A stretch of DNA of 32,000 nt from Blochmannia endosymbiont of Camponotus modoc (lineage in GTDB: Bacteria; Pseudomonadota; Gammaproteobacteria; Enterobacterales; Enterobacteriaceae), in NCBI RefSeq assembly GCF_023585785.1, contig NZ_CP097765.1:420001-452000 (forward strand), given 5' to 3'. Position 1 is the stretch's first letter. Every line of letters begins with the position of its first letter. Shown here in pieces: positions 12,821 to 23,428 of this stretch. The notes beneath the pieces are model-generated. The model had not been told where the DNA came from and ran no database searches. It worked only from the letters and a program-made list of their open reading frames with translations. The translations under genes were made by a program, and so were the position numbers.

Positions 12821-13669
12821 TCATAATAGCGTATCCAATTCTAAAATATCGCTTATATCAAATAATCCTCTTTTATCACGTCCTATCCAAAAAGCAGCAC
12901 GTAATGCTCCATGAGCAAATATTAAACGATCTGATGCTTTATGTGTAATTTCTAAACGTTCTCCTGGTCCTGCAAATAAAACAGTATGTTCTCCAACGAC
13001 ATCTCCAGCACGTATCGAATGAATTAATATATCATTATAAGAAGAGGATGATGAATACGTTGTAGAATCAAGATTAGAATCCATAATTTTATTAGAATGA
13101 ATAGATCGCAATGCATTTACAATAATATTTTGCATTGTTAAAGAAGTTCCAGACGGTATGTCACGTTTCCTGTTATGATGAGTTTCAATAATACTGATAT
13201 CTGAAGTATTACCTATAATTTGTGTAATCTTATGCAATAATTTAGATATTAACGCTACACCTATACTAAAATTGGAGGAAAAAACAATTCCTATTTTATG
13301 AGACGCATTTAGAATAAAATTCTTATGTATCTGATTAAATCCAGTAGTACCAATAACTATATTTTTATTGTTATTAACACAAAATTTTAAATATTCTATA
13401 GATATATCAGGGGCAGTGAAATCAACCAAAACATCAAAATTGTCTTTAATTGATTCCAAATCATCAGTAACTTCTATACCTAAAGTATCAGTGTTTATTA
13501 ATACTCCAACATCCATTCCACAAATATTAGTATTTAACCGTGTTATAGCAGCTCCCAAAACAATTTCTTGACTAAATTGTTTTTCTCCTTTAACAACACA
13601 AGTTACTATTTCTTTGCCCATGCGACCAGTTACTCCCGTAACAGCAATACGGAGAAGTGCATCACTCAT
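12821..13669 (-). CDS. dapB: 4-hydroxy-tetrahydrodipicolinate reductase
   Basis: 282-aa ORF; 'RIAVTGVTGRMGKEIV', 'IIETHHNRKRDIPSGTSLTM', 'IHSIRAGDVVGEHTVLFAGPGERLEITHKASDR'. Confidence 0.98.
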   Translation of the reverse strand: MSDALLRIAVTGVTGRMGKEIVTCVVKGEKQFSQEIVLGAAITRLNTNICGMDVGVLINTDTLGIEVTDDLESIKDNFDVLVDFTAPDISIEYLKFCVNNNKNIVIGTTGFNQIHKNFILNASHKIGIVFSSNFSIGVALISKLLHKITQIIGNTSDISIIETHHNRKRDIPSGTSLTMQNIIVNALRSIHSNKIMDSNLDSTTYSSSSSYNDILIHSIRAGDVVGEHTVLFAGPGERLEITHKASDRLIFAHGALRAAFWIGRDKRGLFDISDILELDTLL

Positions 13670-13878
13670 AATTTTATAACCTTATTAATAATGTTTATTC
13701 TTTACATACAGAAAAATTTATGATTCTGATTTGTTCCTATATATAATACTAAGTGCAATAAAGTATAATAAATAATGTTACATATTGTTTATAATTTTTT
13801 ATAGTCAGCTTGTTTATATTTAATACGTAATTTTACTGTTACAATAAAATCAACAAATCCATTATTATTATAAATATG

Positions 13879-14814
13879 CTAAATTTTAGGTGTATCAAAA
13901 AATATATTCTCTTCCTCTCCAATCATTTCTTCAACAACAATATGATCTGTACTTAATACACGTAATTTTTCAATAACTTGGAGTACTAAAATGTCTGGGG
14001 CTGACGCCCCAGCAGTAATACCAATATTATTTACCCCACACAACCAATTTTTTTGAATATCATTAGCATGACTAATTAAATATGTAATTTTCCCAATACG
14101 ACGTGCTAGTTCCATTAATCGTACAGAATTAGACGATGTTATTGACCCTACAACGAATATCATCTCTACCGTTGGAGCTAAATTTTTAAGAGCATTTTGT
14201 CTATTAAATGTTGCGTAACAAATATCATGTTTTCTAGGGCCCACAATGTTAGGAAATCTTTTATTTAAAATTGCTATAATCTTTGCAGTATCATCTATAG
14301 ATAAAGTCGTTTGCGTTACAAAAAATAAATGATTTGGGTGGTTAACCTGAATGGACCAAGCATCTGATTGCGACTCAACTAAATATATTTTTTGTCCAGA
14401 ATTCGTAGAAATATATTGCCCCATAGTTCCTTCTACTTCTGGATGACCAGAATGACCTATTAAGATTACTTCCATGTTATTACGATTAGCTCGGGAGACT
14501 TCCTTATGTACTTTAGTTACCAATGGACAAGTAGCATCAATTATTATTAAATTTTTAATTTTTGATTGCTCCCGAATCTTTTTTGACACTCCGTGAGCAG
14601 AAAAAATTAGAACCGATCCATTTGGTACTTCATCTAGTCGCTCAATAAAAATAACACCTTTCTTAGATAATTGAGTTACCACGTAATCGTTATGCACCAA
14701 CTCATGTCGTACATAAATTGGAGTACCATATATTTGTATCGTTTTCTCTACAATATTAATCGCGCGATTTACCCCTGCGCAGAACCCACGCGGATTAGCT
14801 AATACAACTTTAAT
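13879..14814 (-). CDS. ispH: 4-hydroxy-3-methylbut-2-enyl diphosphate reductase (IspH/LytB), with a probable non-canonical ATT start
   Basis: The track ORF 13879..14700 is N-terminally truncated. Same-frame sequence upstream reads (I)[45 protein letters not shown], aligning residue-for-residue with the E. coli IspH N-terminus [15 protein letters not shown]... The frame is closed by TAA at 14818-14820. ATT at 14812-14814 places the catalytic Cys at position 12. AAGAGG Shine-Dalgarno lies upstream. Confidence 0.9.
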   Translation of the reverse strand: MKVVLANPRGFCAGVNRAINIVEKTIQIYGTPIYVRHELVHNDYVVTQLSKKGVIFIERLDEVPNGSVLIFSAHGVSKKIREQSKIKNLIIIDATCPLVTKVHKEVSRANRNNMEVILIGHSGHPEVEGTMGQYISTNSGQKIYLVESQSDAWSIQVNHPNHLFFVTQTTLSIDDTAKIIAILNKRFPNIVGPRKHDICYATFNRQNALKNLAPTVEMIFVVGSITSSNSVRLMELARRIGKITYLISHANDIQKNWLCGVNNIGITAGASAPDILVLQVIEKLRVLSTDHIVVEEMIGEEENIFFDTPKI

Positions 14815-14968
14815 TATTTATACCCTCTTGTATTTTCATATAAAAAAAATTGCTACATTTATTGCTCATATAAAATATGACAATTAATTTTTAGTAATTT
14901 TGTAATTAAATTAATAAACATAATAATGCATATTATGTTGATAACAATCATCATACATATTCTCGATT

Positions 14969-15466
14969 TTAATATAAATTATTTTTAACAAAATCATAAT
15001 AGTATCTTATTGTTAAGATAGTAATTCCTATACAAATTGCTATGTCTGCCACATTAAAAGTTGGCCAATGCCAACTTTTAATGTGGACATCAATAAAATC
15101 AACTACTGTTCCGTATAATATCCGATCCAATAAATTTCCTAAAGCCCCTCCAATAACCATAGAGTAAGATATACTATAACATTTAGGGCATTCAATCAAT
15201 TTGTATAAGGCTACGATAAATACTACAATTACTAATGTTATTATCCATACAAATATCCAACGATAATATAAATTAGCATTAGTAAATAACCCAAAAGCTA
15301 ATCCTGGATTACAAACATAATAACAATTAATCCCAGGTAATATTGATAATACTTCACCAATCCAAAAATGAGTCTTTACCCAATATTTTGTTCCTATGTC
15401 TAATAACATTATTAATATAGATAACCATAACCATTTTAAATTTTTATAATTATATTTTTTATTCAT
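14969..15466 (-). CDS. lspA: Lipoprotein signal peptidase (signal peptidase II)
   Basis: 165-aa, four hydrophobic segments; 'YYVCNPGLAFGLF', 'GGALGNLLDRILYGTVVDFIDVH', 'WPTFNVADIAICIG'. Confidence 0.97.
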   Translation of the reverse strand: MNKKYNYKNLKWLWLSILIMLLDIGTKYWVKTHFWIGEVLSILPGINCYYVCNPGLAFGLFTNANLYYRWIFVWIITLVIVVFIVALYKLIECPKCYSISYSMVIGGALGNLLDRILYGTVVDFIDVHIKSWHWPTFNVADIAICIGITILTIRYYYDFVKNNLY

Positions 15467-18294
15467 TAAAAAAACCTACGTTTTTCCCCTGGTCCAACTA
15501 TGTTGTTAATACAACGCGCGCAAATATTTGAATAATTTTTGTATTGATCGATATCTAATCTATAATGCCAACAACGCAAACACTTCTTACCCTTAGCTTT
15601 TTCTAAAAAAATTTTCAATCCGGGCATTCCCGCTTGTGCATATTGAGTAACATTAACTCCATTGCTATAATCTGAAACTATAGCTGACGATGTTATTAAT
15701 CCAAAAGAAAGTTCATTTCCTAAAATACGTAATGTATTTGCCAGTTCTGGAGTAGCATACAAAACTACACTGGCATCTAAGGATCCACCAATAATGCCAT
15801 TAAGACGAGTTTGTTCAACTATTTTATTTACTTCATTTCTAACATTTAAAAAAGTATTCCAATCCTCACTATTCATAATTTGTTTTGAACTTATACTAAA
15901 TAAGCCATTATACCATTCTTCAGTAAATACATATTTTGATCTATTTCCTGGAATATACCTCCAAATTTCATCAGCAGTAAAAGATAAAACTGGAGCAATC
16001 CAACGCACCATAGATTCAAGAATATGATACAATGCAGTCTGACAGCTACGACGTTCTTTACTATTTTTTTTTGTGGTATATTGTCGATCTTTAATAACAT
16101 CCAAATAAAACGAACCCATTTCTACTGAACAAAACTGCATAATCCGTTGTATTACATTATGAAAATTATATTTATTGTAATCTGATATTACTTCTAACTG
16201 TACAGATAAAGCGCGATCCATTGCCCAACAATCCAATTCAATCATATTTTCTGGATGTACAGAATCTTGTTCTGGATCAAAATCACTAATATTGGCTAAA
16301 AAAAACCGAGCAGTATTCCGAATACGTCGATACACATCAGTTGTATGCTTTAAAATAGCATTTGAAATTGCCATTTCTTTAGAATAATCAGAAGAAGCTA
16401 TCCATAATCGTAAGATATCTGCTCCGAAATCTTTTATTATTTCCTGAGGGCTAATGACATTACCAAGAGATTTAGACATCTTACGCCCCTGAGCATCTAC
16501 AGTAAATCCATGAGTCAATACTTCTCTATAAGGTGCTTTACCTGTAATTGCAGTTGATATAATTAAAGACGACATAAACCAACCTCGATATTGATCTGAA
16601 CCTTCTAAATATAAATCTGGTGACTGCTTTCGATATTCTAATCTTTCTGGTATCACTGAATAATGAGTAGAACCAGAGTCAAACCATACATCCAGCGTAT
16701 CTAACACTTTTTCATACTGATCTGCTTCTTCATTGCCTATGATATCTTCAGTTTTTAAATCCCACCACGCCTGTATTCCGTATTGTTCTACATGTTGGGC
16801 AATTACTTCCATTAATTCAATCGTGCGCGGATGTAAAATTGAAGTTTTTTTATGAATGAAAAGAGGTATTGGCACACCCCAAACACGTTGTCTTGAAAGA
16901 CACCAATCAGGTCTATTAACAATCATTGTTTCAATACTATATTCTCCTTTATTTGGAATCCAATCTACTTGGTGTATTGTTTGCAACAATTTATTTCTTA
17001 AATTATATTTATCCATACTTAAAAACCACTGTGCAGTAGCTCTGAAAATGACTGGAACTGCATGACGCCAACAATATGGATAATTATGTTTATAGTTACG
17101 ATTTACGTGTAATAAAGAACCTGATTGATTTAATAAGTTTATTATTATGTCATTGGATTGAAATACTTGTACGCCATCTAACATAGGGTGCACATTAGAT
17201 ACATAATGACCTGTTTCATTTATTATATCAACAATTTTAAAATTATATTTTCGAGCTATAATATAATCATCAACGCCATGATTTGGAGCGATATGTACTA
17301 CTCCTGTTCCAGAATCTAGTGCTACATGACCGCTCAAGACAACAGGAACATCGAACGACATAAACGGATGCCGAAATTTTAACGATTCTAAGGCATTACC
17401 TGAAGTTTCACCTAAAATTTTCCAAGAAAAACATTGTATGCGTTGCATCACAACATTCACTAAATTAGCTGCAATAATTATATATTTATTATTATTTACC
17501 GCAATTAATTGATAGCTGTAATCTGGATGTACAGAAATAGCTTGATTAGCAGGTAATGTCCAAGGAGTAGTAGTCCAAATTACTAATTCAATAATACGTT
17601 GACATAAATCAATATTGAATATTTGAGAAATACGAGTATTATCTACTGCAAAAAAAGTAACATCAATAGCCGTAGAACAATGATTATTATATTCCACTTC
17701 TGATTCAGCTAATACAGAACAACATTGAAAACACCAATGTACAGGTTTTGTTCCTTTATAGAAATAACCATTAGATATAACTTTGCTTAAGGTGCGAATA
17801 ATATTTGCTTCAGTCTTAAAATCCATTGTCAAATAAGGTCGTGACCAATCTCCTAAGACACCTAATCTTACGAAATCTTTTTTTTGTATTTCTATTTGAT
17901 CTAAAACATAATTACGACAGATACTTCGAAATTCATTTGGATCAACATTAATTCCTAGTTGCCCTATTAATCGTTCTACTTGTAGTTCGATAGGTAACCC
18001 ATGACAATCCCAACCGGGAATATAAGGAGCATTATACCCCATTAAGGTTTTATATTTCAGAATAATATCTTTAAGTACTTTATTTACTGCATGACCTAAA
18101 TGAATACTGCCGTTTACATAAGGTGGGCCATCATGTAGTATGAATAATTTTTTTTTACTTTTTTTATGACGAATTGCTTCGTATAAATTATCTTTATACC
18201 AACGCTCTAAGATAGTAGGCTCACATACAGGTAAATTAGCACGCATTGGAAATAATGTGTATGGTAAATTCAAAGTATTTTTATAGTTAATCAT
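15466..18294 (-). CDS. ileS: Isoleucyl-tRNA synthetase
   Basis: 942-aa ORF; HIGH-like 'GSIHLGHAVNK', 'GRKMSKSLGN', C-terminal zinc-binding 'CLRCWHYRLDI...CARCINNI'. Confidence 0.99.
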   Translation of the reverse strand: MINYKNTLNLPYTLFPMRANLPVCEPTILERWYKDNLYEAIRHKKSKKKLFILHDGPPYVNGSIHLGHAVNKVLKDIILKYKTLMGYNAPYIPGWDCHGLPIELQVERLIGQLGINVDPNEFRSICRNYVLDQIEIQKKDFVRLGVLGDWSRPYLTMDFKTEANIIRTLSKVISNGYFYKGTKPVHWCFQCCSVLAESEVEYNNHCSTAIDVTFFAVDNTRISQIFNIDLCQRIIELVIWTTTPWTLPANQAISVHPDYSYQLIAVNNNKYIIIAANLVNVVMQRIQCFSWKILGETSGNALESLKFRHPFMSFDVPVVLSGHVALDSGTGVVHIAPNHGVDDYIIARKYNFKIVDIINETGHYVSNVHPMLDGVQVFQSNDIIINLLNQSGSLLHVNRNYKHNYPYCWRHAVPVIFRATAQWFLSMDKYNLRNKLLQTIHQVDWIPNKGEYSIETMIVNRPDWCLSRQRVWGVPIPLFIHKKTSILHPRTIELMEVIAQHVEQYGIQAWWDLKTEDIIGNEEADQYEKVLDTLDVWFDSGSTHYSVIPERLEYRKQSPDLYLEGSDQYRGWFMSSLIISTAITGKAPYREVLTHGFTVDAQGRKMSKSLGNVISPQEIIKDFGADILRLWIASSDYSKEMAISNAILKHTTDVYRRIRNTARFFLANISDFDPEQDSVHPENMIELDCWAMDRALSVQLEVISDYNKYNFHNVIQRIMQFCSVEMGSFYLDVIKDRQYTTKKNSKERRSCQTALYHILESMVRWIAPVLSFTADEIWRYIPGNRSKYVFTEEWYNGLFSISSKQIMNSEDWNTFLNVRNEVNKIVEQTRLNGIIGGSLDASVVLYATPELANTLRILGNELSFGLITSSAIVSDYSNGVNVTQYAQAGMPGLKIFLEKAKGKKCLRCWHYRLDIDQYKNYSNICARCINNIVGPGEKRRFF

Positions 18295-19265
18295 TTATAA
18301 ATTATTCCGTTTTTATAAATTTTGTTGATATTATTAATTTTATTAAAATAACTACGTACTTTTATTATATCGCTTTTAATTTGACGCTGTAATGTTTTCA
18401 CGGAACTGAAATATTGTTCATCACGTATTTTAGCTAAAAAAACTACTTTAACGTGATAAGTATATAAATTTGTAGATACATTTAACAAATGTACTTCTAA
18501 CTTTTGTTGATTTTTTCCAGTAACTGACGGGCAAATTCCCACATTGGCTATACCCGGTAATGGATGATTAGAAATACCATACACTTCCACTGCGTATACA
18601 CCATGCATTGGTAATCGTTTGCCCTGTAATGATACGTTAGCTGTAGGAAACCCAATCCTACGACCTAATTCATCTCCGTGCACTACACGGCCAGAAATAC
18701 AATAAGAATGTCCAAGTAATAATTCAGCATCCAATATTCTATTTTCTACTAAAGCAACACGTATCGCAGTACTACTTATTCTTCGATTGTTTTCATCAAA
18801 ATAAGTGGCGATGCGTATTACTTTAAAACCTTCATTTTTACCGATTTTTTTCAATAAAATAAAATCCCCTTTTCTAAAAGCACCAAACTTAAAATCATCT
18901 CCGATATAAACAAACCGAACGTCTAATTTAGATATTAATATATTTTTAATAAAATTGTACGCTTCAATAGCAGCAAATTTTTTGTTAAAAGTAATACATA
19001 GAATAACATCTACTCCTGCTGTATATAAATAATTCACTTTATCTCTCAATCTAGTTAATCGTATTGCTATTATATTAGATAGATATTCTTTAGGTTGTGG
19101 CTCGAAGATCATAACCACAACAGGTAATTTCAAAATGTTTCGTTTTTTTTGTAACTTTTCAAGTAATGCCTGATGCCCACGATGAAATCCATCAAAATTA
19201 CCGATAGTAAGTATGCAACCTTTATGACGGGATTTTATATTATGTAATCCTCTAACAAATTCCAT
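18291..19265 (-). CDS. ribF: Bifunctional riboflavin kinase / FMN adenylyltransferase
   Basis: 324-aa ORF; 'LTIGNFDGFHRGHQALLEKL', 'YCISGRVVHGDELGRRIGFPTANVSL', 'HGVYAVEVYG'; 4-bp overlap with ileS. Confidence 0.97.
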   Translation of the reverse strand: MEFVRGLHNIKSRHKGCILTIGNFDGFHRGHQALLEKLQKKRNILKLPVVVMIFEPQPKEYLSNIIAIRLTRLRDKVNYLYTAGVDVILCITFNKKFAAIEAYNFIKNILISKLDVRFVYIGDDFKFGAFRKGDFILLKKIGKNEGFKVIRIATYFDENNRRISSTAIRVALVENRILDAELLLGHSYCISGRVVHGDELGRRIGFPTANVSLQGKRLPMHGVYAVEVYGISNHPLPGIANVGICPSVTGKNQQKLEVHLLNVSTNLYTYHVKVVFLAKIRDEQYFSSVKTLQRQIKSDIIKVRSYFNKINNINKIYKNGIIYK

Positions 19266-19518
19266 GTTAAATTCAAATAAATTCTTAAAAGATATTGATA
19301 TTTATTCATATATTTTTAAAAGTATTAACTTATTTTATAAAATAAATTCAAAAATCATACAAATAATATAATTATTAAAATAAATTTATAAAAACATTTA
19401 TAACCGTAATGATAATCATATTGAAAATATATAAATAACAATTGTAATTTATAATATAAAAATATAACATAAGGTATATGTGTAATTAAAATTTTAATAT
19501 TTTAAGGGGTACTTCATA

Positions 19519-19785
19519 TTGGCTAACACTAAATCAGCTAGAAAATCTCTTATAAAATCACAACAACAACGCAAGTGTAATGCAAGCCGGAGATCCATGT
19601 TGCGTACCTTTATAAAAAAGGTATATGCAGCAATTGAGATTAAAGATAAGACAGCTGCAATGACTGCATTTGTTTTTATGCAGAAAATAATAGATCATCA
19701 GGCTTGTAAAGGTTTAATGCATAAAAATAAAGCCGCTAGATGTAAATCTAGAGCATATGCGCGTATCAAATCCATGGAGTGTTGA
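19519..19785 (+). CDS. rpsT: 30S ribosomal protein S20 (TTG start)
   Basis: 88-aa ORF '[39 protein letters not shown]...[16 protein letters not shown]'; TTG at 19519 with AAGGGG upstream; divergent from ribF as in E. coli. Confidence 0.97.
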   Translation: MANTKSARKSLIKSQQQRKCNASRRSMLRTFIKKVYAAIEIKDKTAAMTAFVFMQKIIDHQACKGLMHKNKAARCKSRAYARIKSMEC

Positions 19786-19851
19786 CTGCACAGTAAAAGG
19801 GAAAATAATAACATTTAAAAATCAATAATATTGAAACATCACTGTAAGCAA

Positions 19852-20979
19852 TTAATGAGTAAGATCATCGAAGAATTTTTTTACACCATCAAAAAAACTT
19901 TTAGATCTAGGACTGTTTCGGTTTCCATGAGGTCCCTCAAAACTATCTGACAAATCTTGAAGTAATCGTTTTTGTGTATCATTTAACTTCACCGGAGTTT
20001 CTACCACTACTCTACATAACAAATCACCATTACCACCGCTTCGAACTGATTTTACTCCTTTTCCTCTCATACGAAATAGTTTTCCAGTTTGGGTTTCAGG
20101 AGGAATTTTTAATTTTACCCTCCCATCTAAGGTTGGCACCTCAATTTCTCCTCCCAAGGCTGCCATAGAAAAACTAATTGGTACTTCACAATAAAGATTT
20201 TTTTCTTCTCTATCAAAAATGGGATGTTTTCTAATTTGAACTTGAACGTATAAATCTCCTGAAGGTGCACCATTTTTGCCAGATTCGCCTTCACCTGATA
20301 AACGTATACGATCTCCTGTGTTTACACCAGCTGGAATTTTAACAGATAGAGTCTTAGATCGTTCTACTCGTCCATTTCCACGACATTTATTACAAACTTC
20401 TTTAATAATTTTACCATGTCCATGGCATGTGGGACAAGATTGCTGTACAGAAAAAAAACCTTGGCGTATTTGAATTTGCCCTTGACCATGACATGTCATG
20501 CAAGTAACTATCGCTGAATTTGATCTCGCGCCACTTCCACGACATTTCTCACACGTCGATAAAGTTGGTATGCATATTTCTTTAATAATCCCACGAACTG
20601 CATCCTCTAAACTCAACTCTATATTATAACGCAAGTCCGATCCTCTGCCTGCACGATTCCTTCTATTTCCTCCAAATATATCTCCGAACACATCACCAAA
20701 AATATCGCTAAAATCTGCTCCTCCTGAATTTGCTGTTGCCCCCATACTTCCTGATTCAAACGCTGCATGACCATACTGATCATAAGCTGCACGTTTTTCT
20801 GCATTACTTAATACTTCATATGCTTCTTTAATTTCTTTAAATTTTGTTTCAGCTGCGGTATTCCCTTGATTACGATCTGGATGAAATTTCATTGCCAGGC
20901 GTTTATAGGACTTTTTGATTTCACGCTCATCCGCATTTTTGGAAATGCCCAAAATCTCATAATAGTCTGATTTAGCCAT
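19852..20979 (-). CDS. dnaJ: Chaperone protein DnaJ
   Basis: 375-aa ORF; J-domain with HPD ('FHPDRNQGN'), G/F-rich region, four CxxCxGxG zinc motifs ([32 protein letters not shown]). Confidence 0.99.
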   Translation of the reverse strand: MAKSDYYEILGISKNADEREIKKSYKRLAMKFHPDRNQGNTAAETKFKEIKEAYEVLSNAEKRAAYDQYGHAAFESGSMGATANSGGADFSDIFGDVFGDIFGGNRRNRAGRGSDLRYNIELSLEDAVRGIIKEICIPTLSTCEKCRGSGARSNSAIVTCMTCHGQGQIQIRQGFFSVQQSCPTCHGHGKIIKEVCNKCRGNGRVERSKTLSVKIPAGVNTGDRIRLSGEGESGKNGAPSGDLYVQVQIRKHPIFDREEKNLYCEVPISFSMAALGGEIEVPTLDGRVKLKIPPETQTGKLFRMRGKGVKSVRSGGNGDLLCRVVVETPVKLNDTQKRLLQDLSDSFEGPHGNRNSPRSKSFFDGVKKFFDDLTH

Positions 20980-21102
20980 GGTTTTCTTTATGTCCCTTTG
21001 TATACCTATTAATTTAGTAATACATTTATAGATTCAACATTTTTTCATTTATAATTTTAATAATTACTCTTCTCCTGCTCTAAATTTATTTTTTAAAAAA
21101 TA

Positions 21103-23016
21103 TTATTTTTTGTTCTTTACTTCTTCAAATTCTGCATCTACTACTTCTCCATTTGGATCAGAAGTACTATTAGAAGACTGAGACTTAGATTGTTCTTGAT
21201 GTTTTTGACTGGCTTCCAATAATTTTCCAGAAACTTTAATTAAAGATTGAATTTTAGATTCAATTTCATTTTTGTCTTCGTTTTTTATAACTGATTCCAA
21301 TTCTTTTAATGCGTCTTCTATAGCAGATTTATCATCTGATGATATATTATCGCCAACTTCCGTTAATTGTTTTTTAGTGCTATGTAGCAAATGATCAGCT
21401 TGATTTCGAATTTGCACCAACTCTTCAAATTTACGATCTGATTCAGCATTAGCCTCTGCTTCTTGAACCATTTTATTAATTTCTTCTTCATTTAAACCAG
21501 AAGAAGCTTTAATAGTAATTTTTTGTTCACGTCCACTATTCTTATCTTTAGCAGATACATGTAAAATACCATCAGCATCAATATCAAAAGTCACTTCAAT
21601 CTGAGGTATACCACGCATCGCCGCTGCTATTCCATCTAGATTAAATTGTCCCAACGATTTATTATCACTTGCTCTCTTTCTTTCTCCTTGTAAGACATGA
21701 ATAGTGACAGCAGATTGATTATCTTCAGCGGTAGAGAAAATCTGACTATGTTTAGTAGGAATAGTAGTATTTTTAGCGATTAATGAAGTCATAACTCCCC
21801 CCATTGTTTCAATCCCTAAAGATAATGGGGTCACATCCAACAACAACACGTCTTTTACATCTCCAGACAATACTCCTCCCTGCACTGCCGCTCCGATAGC
21901 AACAGCTTCATCAGGATTGACATCTCTGCGTGGCTCTTTTTGGAAAAATTCAGATACTTTTGCTTGAACAAGAGGCATGCGAGTCTGCCCACCTACTAGA
22001 ATAACATCATTTATATTGGACACAGACAAGTTAGCATCTTTGAGCGCTACTTTCAGCGGCTCCATAGTACGATTAACTAAATCTTCTACTAAGGATTCTA
22101 ATTTAGCACGAGTTACTCTAATATTCATATGCTTCGGTCCAGTATTATCTGCTGTAATATATGGTAAATTCACATCAGTTTGATGCGAAGCAGATAATTC
22201 TATTTTTGCTTTCTCTGCTGCTTCTTTCAGTCGTTGCATTGCTAAAGGATCATTATACAAATTAATACGTTGATCTTTTTTAAACTCATCTGCTAAATAA
22301 TTTATTAAAAGGCTATCAAAATCTTCTCCCCCTAAATGAGTATCTCCATTAGTAGACAGCACTTCAAAAGTTTTTTCTCCATCAACATCATCAATTTCAA
22401 TAATTGAAATATCAAAAGTTCCCCCTCCTAAATCATATACTGCAATTGTGCGATTCCCTCTAGTTTCTTTATCTAAACCATAAGCTAATGCTGCAGCAGT
22501 CGGTTCATTTATAATTCTTTTAACCTCTAAACCAGCAATACGTCCAGAATCTTTAGTAGCTTGACGTTGAGCATCATTAAAATAAGCCGGAACCGTAATA
22601 ACTGCTTCAGAAATTTGTTCTCCAAGATAATCTTCTGCGGTCTTCTTCATCTTTTTTAAAATTTCAGCGGAAACCTGAGGAGGCGCCATCTTTTGACCTT
22701 TAACATCTAACCAAGCATCTCCGTTATCAGCAGAAATTATTTTATACGGCATGATATTCACATCACGCTGCACTTCTGTATCTTGGAACCGACGACCAAT
22801 CAATCGCTTAATAGCAAATAAAGTATTTTTAGGATTAGTAACAGACTGCCGCTTAGCTGGTTGACCAACTAAAATCTCTCCATCTTGTGTATAAGCAATA
22901 ATAGAAGGAGTTGTACGATCACCTTCACTATTTTCTAATACACGAGGTTTATTTCCTTCAATAATTGCAACACAAGAATTGGTTGTCCCCAAATCTATGC
23001 CAATAATTTTTCCCAT
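21103..23016 (-). CDS. dnaK: Chaperone protein DnaK (Hsp70)
   Basis: 637-aa ORF; '[17 protein letters not shown]', '[14 protein letters not shown]', '[14 protein letters not shown]', C-terminal '...[15 protein letters not shown]'. Confidence 0.99.
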   Translation of the reverse strand: MGKIIGIDLGTTNSCVAIIEGNKPRVLENSEGDRTTPSIIAYTQDGEILVGQPAKRQSVTNPKNTLFAIKRLIGRRFQDTEVQRDVNIMPYKIISADNGDAWLDVKGQKMAPPQVSAEILKKMKKTAEDYLGEQISEAVITVPAYFNDAQRQATKDSGRIAGLEVKRIINEPTAAALAYGLDKETRGNRTIAVYDLGGGTFDISIIEIDDVDGEKTFEVLSTNGDTHLGGEDFDSLLINYLADEFKKDQRINLYNDPLAMQRLKEAAEKAKIELSASHQTDVNLPYITADNTGPKHMNIRVTRAKLESLVEDLVNRTMEPLKVALKDANLSVSNINDVILVGGQTRMPLVQAKVSEFFQKEPRRDVNPDEAVAIGAAVQGGVLSGDVKDVLLLDVTPLSLGIETMGGVMTSLIAKNTTIPTKHSQIFSTAEDNQSAVTIHVLQGERKRASDNKSLGQFNLDGIAAAMRGIPQIEVTFDIDADGILHVSAKDKNSGREQKITIKASSGLNEEEINKMVQEAEANAESDRKFEELVQIRNQADHLLHSTKKQLTEVGDNISSDDKSAIEDALKELESVIKNEDKNEIESKIQSLIKVSGKLLEASQKHQEQSKSQSSNSTSDPNGEVVDAEFEEVKNKK

Positions 23017-23061
23017 CTATACATCTCCACTGAAAATCAATTTAACCACACCATGCACCTG

Positions 23062-23089
23062 ATATGCGGTCAAAACTGTACTTTTCAAC
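23062..23089 (-). promoter_or_regulatory. Probable sigma-32 (heat-shock) promoter upstream of dnaK
   Basis: Minus strand reads GTTGAAA-13 nt-CCGCATAT (consensus CTTGAAA-N13..15-CCCCATNT; 6/7 and 7/8 matches), 46 bp or more upstream of the dnaK ATG. Confidence 0.8.
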
Positions 23090-23428
23090 CTTAAAAAAAA
23101 TTTGTTTTCAAAACTTTTCAAAAAACATTATATGAATTTAAGATAATTAATTATTTTGTAAAAATCACTAATAAAATTATAAAATATCCATATATAGCAA
23201 ACGGATTATTCATATAATTATTTAATTTTATTCATCACTACTCTTTACAAAACATCATCTTGTTATACATCTGTATCAATATTCATATTGATACAGATGT
23301 ATAAATATGTTTATATATATTCTATATAATTATTTATAATCTTATTAAATGCATTAATGAACGCAAAAATATAAAAAATACTAGATTTTAATATAACACA
23401 TATATGTTTGTAGTATATACATAATATT

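Noticed and set aside
13368-13571. 67-aa plus-strand ORF antisense to dapB
   Set aside because: Shadow ORF inside dapB.
15794-17065. Small ORFs (15794..16027 +, 15891..16100 -, 16856..17065 +) overlapping ileS
   Set aside because: All fall inside the intact ileS reading frame and show no family motifs.
19974-20804. Small ORFs (19974..20168, 20276..20473, 20619..20804) overlapping dnaJ
   Set aside because: Out-of-frame or antisense reads of the conserved dnaJ G/F and zinc regions.
21977-22183. 68-aa plus-strand ORF antisense to dnaK
   Set aside because: Shadow ORF inside dnaK.
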